Source: Octopus vulgaris
Lineage: Eukaryota
Length of the DNA stretch: 64,000 bases
NCBI GenBank assembly: GCA_951406725.2
Contig: OX597821.1
Span: 2,666,001-2,730,000, forward strand
Reading direction: 5' to 3'
Shown: in pieces, positions 45,721 to 58,822 of the stretch
Layout: each line of letters starts with the position of its first letter
How positions within the stretch are numbered: position 1 is the first letter of the stretch
Translations under genes and position numbers: made by a program
The notes under the pieces: model-generated
What the model was told of the DNA's origin: nothing
The model's database searches: none
Seen by the model: only the letters and a program-made list of their open reading frames with translations

Positions 45721-46579
45721 AAGATGGTACAAATAAGTTTTAAGCACTAAGTTAGTGACCGACCTTGTGTAGTAGAATGTAGGGATGTACAATGAAAAAT
45801 TTTTTTTTTCCTGAATAAGGAATTGCTCCTGTTCTGGGTGACTTTAGAATCAGAAAAGGAGCGGCTTCTTACCAGTAAGAAGTTATAGAAGATTACTGTA
45901 TTAATTGAACAAAATGCATAGAAAACTAAATTTCTAAAACAAATTTACCAAACCAAATGTGTTTCAACGCCACGTGGTTGCTTTGGAAGATATTGTAATA
46001 TCTTTATATTGTTATTAATAATGTGACTGAGAAATAAATTATGACTATTATCCTGACTATGTTGGAGACAAACATGATAAACAACTTGCAGGACTTTACA
46101 ATCAGGCCTGATTATAAGACACCTCTGAGCAGATAGATTTATCAGGAGCTTAGCAGATTCGCCATTGTCCAGTCTTTTCTCTACAGTATCCTCACACTCT
46201 CTTTTCCCACCTCTATGTATGTACGTATGTATGTATGTATGTATATATGTATGTATATATGTATGTATGTATTTATGTATGTACGTACGTGTGTAGGCAT
46301 GTATGTATATAGGTATGTACCTATCAATCCATATATCTATCCATCTATATACATATATCTTTATCAATTAATATGTTAATACATATATACAAACACAAAT
46401 ATATCATACATATATACATATATGCACACACATACATAAGGTCACACGCACATACACTAATAAATTATATATATATGTGTATATGTGCATGTGTGTGTGT
46501 GTGTTTAGTTCTGTAGTATAAACAACATGCAATATTATACATTCTATGGAAGTCTGGCCAAATCTGTTCTGTACCCTTC

Positions 46580-46625
46580 CTGCTGCTGCTGCTACTGGTG
46601 GTACTACTACTACTACTACTACTAT

Positions 46626-46672
<47 letters not shown>

Positions 46673-46747
46673 ATAATAATAATAATACTAATAATAATGA
46701 TAATACTAATAATAATAATAATAATAATTATACCTCAGCTGCTGCTG

Positions 46748-46778
<31 letters not shown>

Positions 46779-46785
46779 AACTACA

Positions 46786-46878
<93 letters not shown>
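46580..46878. repeat. Compound trinucleotide array (GCT)(ACT)(AAT)(GCT)(ACT)(AGT)
   Basis: Direct reading. Confidence 0.95.
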
Positions 46879-47192
46879 CATGTTCAAAATGGAATTATCT
46901 ATGGCGTGCACTTATTATTCCGACTGTGTCGGCAGCCGGATAATAAAGTGCGTGCGAAAGCTGAAACTGGTATATCTTCTCTCCTAATCATCTCAAAAAT
47001 TTTGAGCTGACCGTGTGTGTTTGTTCATGTTTGTGTGTGTATGTGGGTGTGTGTATGTGTGCGTGCGTGTGCATGTGCGCGACGCGTGTATACAAGTGCA
47101 TGTGTTACTCTGTGTGTGTGTGTTTATGTGTGTGCGTAAAGATATATGTACGATATATACACCTATGTATATTATATATATATGCATATGTG

Positions 47193-47245
<53 letters not shown>

Positions 47246-47455
47246 ACGTGCGTGGTGTGTGTATATAAGATGAGCTACGTTTAGAATTTGTCTACCAAAG
47301 CTACTCACGACTTTTTGACCGACCCGATGTTGTAGTAGAAAACTCCCGCCCACGGTGCTACGTAGTGGCAATCAACTTACCACGTAACAAAAGACGAAGA
47401 CAGGTGGTGTAGAAGACAAACAGATGTATTAGTATAACGCCCGGGAAGTGAAAAG

Positions 47456-47495
47456 TCCTTTAACGTTTCGAGCCTACACTCTTCCACAGAAAGGA
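47456..47495 (-). ncRNA. Hammerhead-like motif with non-canonical position 6 and an extra A after A9
   Basis: Minus: TCCTTT-CTGTGGA-A-GAGT GTAG GCTC-GAAA-CG-TT^AAAGGA; 6-bp stem I, minimal palindromic stem III ACGT. Confidence 0.45.
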
Positions 47496-47709
47496 ATACA
47501 GAAAGAAACATGGAGAGAAGGTAAAGAATGAATAGTGGCTAGCGATCTATCATGACTAATGCCGGACAGAGGGATCACAAAGGAGAACTAGAATGGAGAG
47601 GAGATAATAAAGTAATGGTAATCCCAAAACGAAGGCGCGCGTGCGTATGTATACATATATACACATATATATATGTATATATATGTATGTATATATATAT
47701 ATATGTATG

Positions 47710-47757
<48 letters not shown>

Positions 47758-48568
47758 CAGATACAATAGGAACTTATAGCAGTAATATATTATAGGACCA
47801 TAAACCGTTATTAAGTCTCATGCAAACAATAGAGCTGCCGCCGGCTACCATGGGCAGTTTCATGTTTTCACCACTGTTGTGTCGTTATGAGCAGTTTATC
47901 AAATCCGAATTGTTTTCATTGATTATCAAGTACTCTCTAAGTTAGAAATGGTGAGGTGGACTGTTGAAAAAGAAATATGTTTGCTATGCAAATCTAGTCT
48001 TCACTCTGGTGATACCAACAGTAATAGAAACGGGGCGATCTGGCAGAATCTTTAGCACGCCTTTTGTGTCGTTTCGTGCGCCTTTTCGTTCGAAGTTCAA
48101 ATTCCGACGCGGCTGTCTTTGCCTTTCATGTTTACGCAGTCGATAATATAAGACAGCTAACCTGTCTTTGTCGAGTTCAAAAAGATCATTCAAAGTTATA
48201 GAAATTAAAATCCAAAACACGAACGGACGCAACCAGCGTCCCCACGTTGATGAAATAACATCATCAGTCTTCAGTTTTCATGTTTACATTTGGCAAAATT
48301 AAAAAGAAACAAAAAGAGAAAACATAAAAGAAAAGAAAATGAAAAAGAAAAAAAATTATTCAAACAGTTTTGTGTAAATATGAAGGAATTTCGTGTTATT
48401 TTATTAATTCCTCTGGGTATGATATTAATAACTGGTAAACATATTTCTCCTCATGCATTTTAAGTATCGAAAGTGTAGTAGATTCAGAATATTTTGTGAG
48501 AATATGCACTTGACATCTTTTTCAAAATTGCAGCCGTTTGATGCAAAGGCAGGCTAACTGTGGAAATA

Positions 48569-48633
<65 letters not shown>

Positions 48634-48636
<3 letters not shown>

Positions 48637-49896
48637 GTTTGACTTTTGCTTTATGTCTGTACAAGTTGGCTCCAAGTTTCACCCCAGAGACCTCAAGAGA
48701 CAACAGGCTGGAAGTTCTGTGCCATATATTTGTTTTTTTGTTTTTTTTTGTACTAGTGAATGTCTAATACATAAAAATAAAAAGTAAATAAAAAAAAAAT
48801 AAATAAATAAAAAAAAAGTTTGTTTTAAATTCTTGGGATTACATAGAGAGTATTTTGCGTAGGATATGAGCAGTTCCCATGAGCACTATCTTTTGAATTT
48901 CTGCCATTTTGGGGTTTCCTGGTATCTGAGTTAGGTAGCAATCAGTCCCTTTCGCTATCATTCCCAGGGCACCTATGACAACAGGTATTGTTTTAGTCTT
49001 CAGCTTCCACATTTTGCTGATTTCTATTTCAAGATCTTTATATTTGCTCAGTTTTTGGTAGGTCTTGACAGATACGTTTATATCGATTGAGACAGTCATA
49101 TCAATGAGGAGGCATGTTCTTTGTCTGAAGTCTTTCAATATGATGTCTGGCCTATTTGCATCTATCTTCCTGTCAGTTTGAATGGTGAAGTTCCAGAGGA
49201 GTGAGATGTGGTCATTTTCAAGCACAGGAGGTGGATTGTGTTCCCACCAGTTTTTTTTCATGGGGCAAATCCAGGTTTTTGCAAATTACCCAGTGAATAT
49301 ATTGTGCAGCTCTATCATGCCTACTGAGGGACTCTGTAGGCGCTAGAAGACTGCACTTGGAGACAACATGATCAATGGTTTCATTTTGTTGTCGGCATAC
49401 ACGACATGTTGGGCTACTGTCGTTCTTTAATATGTTGGCCTGGTAGTTTCTTGTTGGTAGGCATTGATCTTGAGCTGCTATGATAAACCCCTCTGTTTCA
49501 GATTTTAAGCCAGAGGCCATTAGCCATTGATGGGTCAGAGATTTGTCGATATCTGCGTTATTCGCTCTCTTTGGGTATTTGCCATAGAGAGGTTTTTCTT
49601 GCCATTTATTATTCAGAATATCTAAGGCCGCAGTTTTGGCACGGGTTTTCATGCGCCTAGCTTTTTCTGTGCTTGTATGTCTATCTCTAATTCCGAAATT
49701 GGTTGTATTCGGAATTCACTTAGATATTCCTTTGCCTGTTTTGTGACTGAATATGATGCTTTCTTGTTTTTCATGTTTTGAGACAAGTTTTAACATCCAG
49801 TCCTCAGACTTTTTCAGGTAGGTGTCTAGGCCAATTGTAACAATATTCATTGTTATTGCCAGTTGCAAAAGACCACGGCCTCCCTCTTTTCTTGGC
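48634..49896 (-). mobile_element. 5'-truncated R4/Dong-type element (further subfamily) with (TAA)n tail
   Basis: PRKEGGRGL, ETEGFIIAAQDQ, CRVC...HVVSKC, RHD, NRPDII, KYKDL, IPVVIGALG, GTAHILRK; (TTA)n at 48571-48633 is its tail. Confidence 0.92.
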
Positions 49897-50070
<174 letters not shown>

Positions 50071-50071
50071 C

Positions 50072-50299
50072 AATGGGGTAGTGCATAATTATTGAGGCTT
50101 TTCTTCAAATTTTATTCAACAAAATCAATAACAATATTTAAGAAAAGCATCTTTAAATGACCGTCTGTGAAGCAAATGGGAAACAGTAATTGAAGTAGAT
50201 GGTGAATATGCTCCGGAATAATCATTTAAAGATGTTTTTGATACATGATGTTAATGTTCTGTTGAAAACAGGCCGCAATAATTATGCGCCAACCCAATA
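50072..50299 (+). mobile_element. Mariner-derived MITE / internal deletion derivative
   Basis: TIRs AATGGGGTAGTGCATAATTATTGAGGC / GCCGCAATAATTATGCGCCAACCCAATA; internal SKWETVIEVDGEY resembles the mariner transposase C-terminus. Confidence 0.75.
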
Positions 50300-51232
50300 T
50301 TAATAATATCATTTTATTTTCATTATTATTATTGTTAAAAAACGCAGTGAGCTAACGAATTCGTTTGTGAGTAGGACAAAATAATATTAATTTCGACTCT
50401 TTACGTTTGGATTTCGAATCCCTCCATTATAGACTTTGCCTTTCAACAATTCGGGTTCGATTCGAAGAATAGCGTGCCATGAATCACTGGGTTTGTTGTG
50501 GTAGACTGGCCTCATTGTCACAAAATTGCTAGGCCCTGGTGTCCTTTTCAAATGAATATTGCCTACTCCGTCACTTATACACCGAGGTGGAAACGAGATA
50601 ACTTGCCCTACGAATCATAGTGCCCAAGACACAAAGTAAGGAAAAGAGAAATAACTAGTGCTAAGAGTTATATTTAAAACAGAAGTAATTTTCGCGGAGG
50701 ATGATGCCAGAGTAATAGTAGCAGTATTATTAGTTAAGCAAGGATATATCAAAACAACATTTATCTAAACCCAGGTCAGGGAGAGAAAATACTCAATCGA
50801 TTTCAGATAACCGGCAGGTAATAACATACAATGGAGGTAGCTTGAAGTCGTTACACCTGCACAAACCACATTCCATTATGCATACTATTACTATGAGTTC
50901 TTCTTGATTTGCCTTCCAGCTCATGCCATTTTTCCTGCAGATTTTCGATAGAAATATCAAAGACTTCGATATCAGAATTCGGGGAGGCCCCGTGCAATCA
51001 GCACCAGAAGCATTCTGACTAACCTTAAGAAAAAATAAATTAGAAGCGAAAAAAGAAGATAGCTGTGTTTGGGTAATACTGCATTCCGGAGCAATATTAA
51101 CTATGCTAAAGATATATCAAAAATGCACGTACATACCTATACACGTACTACACACACACACACATAAACGTACATATGTGAGTGAACATATGTACATATA
51201 TACATAAGTACATACATACATACATATATATG

Positions 51233-51264
<32 letters not shown>

Positions 51265-51457
51265 TATATACACATAATATATATATATATGTATATATAT
51301 ATGTATATATATATGTATATATGTATATATATATATGTATATGTATGTATATATATATATGTGTATATATATATATGTATATATATATGTATATGTATGT
51401 ATATATATGTATATGTATATATGTATATGTATGTATATATATGTATATGTATATATG

Positions 51458-51516
<59 letters not shown>

Positions 51517-51543
51517 GTATATATATATGTATATATATATATG

Positions 51544-51632
<89 letters not shown>

Positions 51633-52408
51633 TTGCTTATGTATGCATGTGTACAGGCTTACATATACATTTATAGAAATATAGATATATGTAGATATAT
51701 TTATATACACGCATACGTACACACACGTATATTGATATATACAAACGTTTAAGCGTTCGGTCTTCATGACTTTTACGTGAGCTCACCATTAAGGATGAAT
51801 TTAACAGAGTAACAGAGTAAAGATAGTAAATATATCAATAAAAAATAATCACTGAGCAATAAATACATTAATCTTATGCGTAGCTTTCGTTTCTCATCTT
51901 CTCCAGTTCTGTATTCCGAACAACGATAATATATCTTGAGTAAACACCGGAGTAAATATACTGATTATCTGCAATGTTTAAGATGGATGAATACTTTGGT
52001 TTTAAGCAGATTACTTTGATGCGCTTTTCCTTTGGAACACATTTCGATGAAGTCCATTTCTCTGATTACCAGACACTTTGTAAATGGTAGAAAAGTTCAT
52101 CGTTTGTGTCAAAAGAAATAAACAAAACAAAAAAAAAACATGTTTATGTGTGGAATTAATATTCCGTAAGCAGATTATTATCGGGTTTTGGTGCAAATTA
52201 CATACAGCAAATGGATACTTTATAAGAAAGGATATTTCTATGAACGTTCCCAGTCAGAACAAAAACGAAGACAAATAAGAACTATGAAATGAAGACAGAA
52301 GAAAGAAAAGAATGAATGAATGACGATAGAAGAAAAGGTCTAATCAAAGCATTAATCGCTATGTAAAGAAAAACGAGAACAAATCTATCGGAAACGAACA
52401 TGAGCCAC

Positions 52409-52773
<365 letters not shown>

Positions 52774-53245
52774 TGATTTGAATAATCTATTTATATACAC
52801 TGGGGCACTCTTGAATTATTAGTGGTGATGTAGGATGGAAGGTAACTATCATTGCATCAGTATTTCCATAAACCATGTTCGGGAAGGAATTTGCGATCTG
52901 TATACTTGCAAAATGTGAGACATATCTCTCATGCAATACTCATAAATTTATAGTGATTTAGGCTCTGTGTATGCGCGCGCGCGTGTGTGTGTACCTGTGT
53001 AAACTTGCACGTGAGTGTCTAGGTTCGGCTTCCTTCGGTATGCAAATATATATATGAAAGATATGCATGCGTGTATAAATTTCTGTGTGGTGAGTGGATG
53101 TAGATAAGGATAAATGTACGTCTTTGTATATATATAAATAAAAACATATATATATATATATATACATACATATGTATCGAAATTAACAGAATGAGATTAA
53201 AAATCCATGGCGGTGAATAGATTTCAGAACGTTTATAATGGGAAT

Positions 53246-53293
53246 GTTTTACAGATGTTTCCGGAATATTTTATATATCCCTTCTTCAGAGAC
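53246..53293 (-). ncRNA. Type I hammerhead-like motif, partly degenerate
   Basis: Minus: GTCT-CTGAAGA-A GGGATAT ATAAA ATATTCC G-GAAA-CATCTG-TA^AAAC. Confidence 0.55.
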
Positions 53294-53658
53294 GATGCGA
53301 GAAAATGCTTAAATAATAGTTATTACAGAGAAGATATGTCATACAGAGGGGAGTGGAGGAATGAAAACAAGCGAGATACGTAAGGATATTGTATTTGCAG
53401 TTCAATTATTAAAGCAGAATGATGTGTATATAAGTTTCCTACCTCTGTGTGTGTATGTGTGTATGTATATTTTATTAGTATTTATCAGCACAAAGTGACA
53501 CAAGGCCCTGGTGTTTCGTGTTTTGGCACCTATCTCTCGGACCATGTGTCACTCTCTTGCTTCTGCAAAATATCAATAAAGATATGTATATACTTTCATT
53601 TAGAATTCTACTTTTCCTGCACAAACATACCTCTTCCTCTTTTTCTCTCTCTGTATAT

Positions 53659-53723
<65 letters not shown>

Positions 53724-53728
53724 CATAC

Positions 53729-53797
<69 letters not shown>

Positions 53798-53995
53798 GCG
53801 AGAGAGAGTGAGTGAGAATGTGGATAAGTGGTTTAGTTAGGCGAGCGTTAGGTTCCAAGATCACGACTAAGGCTGGATCTAGGGATCTATGTTACGGTTC
53901 CGTTTATAGCAGGTATGGATTATATTAGAGGGAAAATCAAAACCAAGGCAGAACGAGTATCTCAAATGATTTAGAATATTTTAGATGGATCGGAT

Positions 53996-54071
53996 GTCTT
54001 ATAACCGTTTCTGGGTTAACCCAAGTGGTAGGTTAGCATGTCCGTGCACTATTTATTTTGTCATCAGAGAC
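53996..54071 (-). ncRNA. Type I hammerhead-like motif, degenerate stems II/III
   Basis: Minus: GTCT-CTGATGA-(~49 nt)-GAAA-CGGTTA-TA^AGAC; stem I perfect. Confidence 0.5.
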
Positions 54072-54480
54072 TAATCCAGACGGGGAAAATTTAAAGTTTA
54101 CACAGAATAAAATTCACAGTTCATAAGTAATAGAATAGAGGAAAGAGCTGAAATGGTTAGAAGAATAGAGGCAGGAGAATAATGTTCACAAGTCATCTTT
54201 TTGCCGGAGTATATGAATGTTGGTCGGTACTTCCATGAAGATATAGGTTTTTAGTTAAAACTTACGCAGGGAAGTCCAGGCAGTATTTTGGTAGTATTCT
54301 GCATGAAGTATTCATATTGAAAATGTGTATATAGAACAAAGAAGTATGATGGACATAAATTAAACTCAACCTAATTTAATTATTCTAAATGACTTGAAGG
54401 ACTCATTCTGCCCTAGTTATAATTTTTTTCTGTAATGTAATATAATATAATATAATGTAACATATATATAATATGATGTA

Positions 54481-54553
<73 letters not shown>

Positions 54554-54622
54554 GGAGTAAACACATAAATGTGAAACAAGGTGGAAAAAAGAGTACTCAA
54601 ATACCAGTGGTAGAGTAATATG

Positions 54623-54780
54623 CTTTATTTTAAGCAGCAGAAAATTCAACAAAATCTGTTACTCTGAGTTTCTCGTTGCCGTTCATCAGACAGTTTTTTC
54701 TAGCAAAAACTGTCTGATGAACGGCAACGAGAAACTCAGAGTAACAGATTTTGTTGAATTTTCTGCTGCTTAAAATAAAG
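54623..54780. repeat. Near-perfect 158-bp palindrome
   Basis: 76-bp arms 54623-54698 / 54705-54780 are exact reverse complements around TCTAGC. Confidence 0.97.
54705..54752 (+). ncRNA. Type I minimal hammerhead ribozyme (identical copy on minus strand at 54651-54698)
   Basis: AAAAACTGT-CTGATGA-ACG GCAA CGA-GAAA-CTC A GAG-TA^ACAGATTTT; GNRA-capped stem II with 10.1-11.1 A.A mismatch, palindromic stem III, GUA triplet. Confidence 0.75.
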
Positions 54781-54947
54781 TATATATATATATTTTTTTT
54801 TTTGACAAATTAGACTTAAATGTTGAAGTGAATCGAACGGCTTTTGTGTGTTTCTTAAATGGCTTACAAGCACCTTCCACGCTGCATTTGTTTTCGTTTC
54901 TGCACACGATCTCAGATCAAATCACTTGCTATGCAAGTACATTTCAC

Positions 54948-54987
<40 letters not shown>

Positions 54988-55139
54988 CTATCTATATATA
55001 CATATACATATATATTATCTGGTCTGGTTTCAGCTCACGAGCTGTGGCCTTGCTGGGGTACTGGCATATATATATATGTATGTGTGTATGTGTGTATGTG
55101 TGTGAGTGTGTATATGTGTGTGTCTGCGTTTGTACCCAA

Positions 55140-55318
55140 CATCACTTGACAACCTAAGTCGGTGTGTTTACGTCCCCGTAACTAATCGTTTCGGCAAAAA
55201 CAGACCGATAGAATAAGTGCTAGGTTTACATAGAGGAAATCCTTAGGGGCGATTTGTTCGACTAAACGCGGTGCTCCTGCATGCTCGCAGTCAACTGACT
55301 GATTCAAATAAAAGAATA
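55140..55318 (+). mobile_element. SINE family A, 3' half
   Basis: GGTGTGTTTACGTCCCCGTAACT...GACCGATAGAATAAGT...GCAGTCAA.TGACTGA matches 63095-63270; a further 3'-half copy lies at ~55905-56125. Confidence 0.75.
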
Positions 55319-56134
55319 TGTATACATATATATTCATACATATGTGTGTTTATGTATGTATAGATATATACATATAATTATATATATATGTGCATTCATG
55401 TTTGTATATAAACAAATCCATGTTCCATTCGGACTATCTTGAGTTTGGTCTCCTATTTCTACACTCCAGTAAGAAGACACGCCCCCAGGATATCGTATTC
55501 AAAATTAAACTCCTCAATGAATTTAACATAAATCTGACTGGGAGATTAATTCAAAGTGAAAGGATGCATTCATATGTAGCGAAATCCATCTAGACTGCTC
55601 TAATTAGGCCTTGTTTGTGTAAATATTTATCCTCATTAACAATATATATGCTAAATGAATTCACATATATACCAAGGTTAATTCGCCTGGAAATCTATGT
55701 ACTTTTTTGACACCCACCACAAACCTGTACACCAAACACACTCACTACTCACGCGCTGATGCACATAGACCCTCTCTCACACACACACATGCATACATAC
55801 ACACACACGCACACATCTACACACATACACACACATACACACAGGCAAACAAACACACATACGTACACTCATATATATGTATATATATATGTATATATTT
55901 GTGTCTTTGTGTCTAAGTTTGTCCACCCACCACATACTCGCTTGACAGACGACGCTGGAGTGTTTACGTCCCCATAACTTAGTAATCCGACAAAGCGACA
56001 GATAGAATAAGTACTGTGCTTCAAAAAAATAACTGCTGAGGTCGATTCGTTCGTCTAAAAACCCTTCAAGGTGGTGGTCCATCTTGGCCGCATCAATTAA
56101 ACCAAAACAAGTAAAAATAAAAGAATATAAATAT

Positions 56135-56398
56135 AATTGCAGCGTGGAAGGTGTTTGTAAGCCATTTAAGAAACACACAAAAGCCGTTCGATTCACTTCA
56201 ACATTTAAGTTTAATTTCTCAGAATATTTTCGTCGCTTTAAGACCGCGATCTGTTCACTGACAAAAATCCGTGGTGCAGTGAATTGAACGGCTTTTGTGT
56301 GTTTCTTAAATGGCTTACAAACACCTTCCACGCTGAAATTGTTTTCGTTTCAGCATACGATCTCAGATCAAATCAATTGCTATGCAAGTACATCTCCG

Positions 56399-56400
<2 letters not shown>
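56135..56400. mobile_element. Inverted-repeat element (63-bp arms) with HHR variant in the spacer
   Basis: Arms 56135-56197 / 56278-56340 with 2 mismatches; right part homologous to 54803-54950; ends at (TA)n. Confidence 0.8.
56215..56265 (-). ncRNA. Type I hammerhead-like motif with swapped 3-8 pair (G3-C8)
   Basis: Minus: TTTGTCA-GTGAACA-G(A)TCGC GGTCTTAAA GCGAC-GAAA-ATAT-TC^TGAGAAA; the paralog at 54803 reads TGACAAA, which would complete stem I. Confidence 0.6.
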
Positions 56401-56463
<63 letters not shown>

Positions 56464-56498
56464 TATTATATATACATAAATACGGCTGACTCCTTCCA

Positions 56499-56566
<68 letters not shown>

Positions 56567-57200
56567 CTAACAATTAAGGATAACATCTTAATAAGGAATC
56601 TTAGCAAGAAATTATCAGGTAGTTAGTGTGAAAAACCTCATAAGAGAGAAAAATTGAAAATAATTTTTTCACTTGAAAATATTTAATTTATATTGTATAG
56701 AGGGCATTATTACACATAAATGCCTCACTCTAAGAGGGACATAAGTCATTACTACCAAAATTTAACTAATCATACCTAATGCAGCTCCCGAAGCAAGACA
56801 TTTAAAAAACTGAATTTAGTTCTATATCACCTGTGCTTTTAACAATTAACGTATCAAATACGTAATTTGTTCATCAGTAGAACAGATTCTGAACACATCA
56901 TAAATAAACAACCAACATACCTAGCGTAGCCAAACAGACATCAGCTCCCCTCGGCGAAGCACATGGAAATGTTTATTCATCATATATTCTGTAAGTGGAG
57001 GGCACTTTCGAACTGCATGTCGGTAGGAAAAGTTTTTCTTCGGAATAAATTTAACAATTAAGGATAAACTACCTGATAATTTCTTGTTAAGATTCCTTAT
57101 TAAGATTTTATCCTGCATTAGGTATGATTAGTTAAATTTTGGTAGTAATGACTTATGTCCCTCTTAGCGTGAGGCATTTATGTGTAATAATGCCCTCTAT

Positions 57201-57208
<8 letters not shown>
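56567..57208. mobile_element. Rearranged copy of the 27050-27395 HHR-bearing family with two inverted duplications
   Basis: 56689-56784 / 57113-57208 and 56577-56624 / 57067-57114 are inverted pairs; bounded by TA-rich microsatellites. Confidence 0.8.
56819..56883 (-). ncRNA. Degenerate hammerhead paralog of 27172-27235 (G12A)
   Basis: Minus: GTTCTA-CTGATGA-ACAA..ACGTAT TTG ATACGT..TTGTT-AAAA-GCAC AG GTGA-TA^TAGAAC. Confidence 0.6.
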
Positions 57209-57238
<30 letters not shown>

Positions 57239-57544
57239 TATACATATATACATACATATATATATATATATACATATATACACACACATATATATACATA
57301 TATACATGTATATGTATACACACACACATATATATACATGCATATATGTATATATATACATATATACATACATATATATACATATATACATGTATATATA
57401 TATATATACATATATACATACATATATATACATATATACATGTGTATATATATACATATACACATATGTACATATACACATATATATAGATACATATATA
57501 TATATGCACACAAACATACACACACACACATATATATATATGTA

Positions 57545-58657
57545 CGCAGGCATGACAGAAGTAAATAGAAAACTTTATAATCATTAAAATTTATTTAAAT
57601 CAGATATTGTACAGTTAAATTATTTGTTTGCTATAATATGAATATTTAATATTTAGTAGACATGCCATTTGTATTTTCATTGCAAGGGCACTGATCAAAT
57701 GACCATTCCCTTGCGGAATTTCTTGTCAAGTTTCACGCAATAATCTCAAAAGATCTAGCTTTGAAGATGCTTTCCTGCTCTTTTTATGATGTGTTCAGCC
57801 TATTATGTCCCAAGAGGTGTTCAATAGAGTTCACATAGGCGACTGGCTTGGAATTTTCCAAACATAAAGAGTCTTCTGCAAACATTTTACCACTGGAGAC
57901 GACTGGAAGAAGTCCTTCTGCAATATGGACATATTTATCTGAGTTTATATTTCCCTCACACTCCACCAGCTCTGATCAACTAAGCTTCAAATTGCTTCCC
58001 AGACAATCACAGAATACCTGCCGTCTTTTATTTCTGGTTGCAATCTTTTCACATCAAATTCTTGATCACATAGTCTCCAGTCCCACACTCGACCACTGTT
58101 AGGAAATACAGCAAATCTGGACTCATCAGAGAATATGACAGTGTCCCAAATTGCTAGTGGGCTCTCCAACATCTCACTGGCCCAATCTTTTCTTGTCTTG
58201 ATGTTGACTGGTCGAAGTGACTTCTTTCTTGCTTCTCTGCCATAAAAACAGGGTTTGTGGAGATACCTGACAGCTCCTCTGGGACTGACATCAACTTGTT
58301 CTGCAATCTCAGAGGCCTTGAAACCGGGATTGATTCTTTAGCAGAAAGAAGGGTCCTGTCAGAGAGCCCTGGTTGATCTGGGCGTGGTGAAGTGCACTGC
58401 CTCCCCTCACTGCTGAATTGCACAATCACTCTATTGACAGTAGAAAGCGGATTCCACCATCAGAATGACCCACAATACGGCCTCTTTGAAATTCAGACAA
58501 TTGCAAGGCTTCTTTTGTACATGGTATGATCAAACAGTCACATATAGAATCCGAAACATAAACATATCAATTAATATAGAAATATAAACCATTACAAGTT
58601 AAAATAAACATAGAACGATGTTTTATCGGGTGTCTATTTTCGTCTGTCATGTCTGTG
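57545..58657 (-). mobile_element. Degenerate Tc1-like DNA transposon with TIRs and TA TSD
   Basis: TIRs CGCAGGCATGACAGAAGTAAATAGA / rev-comp CACAGACATGACAGACGAAAATAGA, TA at 57543-44 and 58658-59; transposase remnants LSEFQRGRIVG, WDTVIFSDESRF, VIVWEAI, GNINSDKY, VNSIEHL. Confidence 0.88.
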
Positions 58658-58777
58658 TATACGTATATATACCCATACGTGTATATGTGCTCACGCGCAC
58701 ACATACATTTAAAAATATACATACATAATGCATAGTCATATACATAGATCATATGTATATACTTCTGAATGTATAAC

Positions 58778-58822
<45 letters not shown>

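Noticed and set aside
55777-56331. 184-aa minus ORF and the similar 67-aa plus ORF (EGVCKPFKKHTKAV)
   Set aside because: The shared peptide comes from the 63-bp inverted arms; the rest runs through a SINE and a microsatellite.
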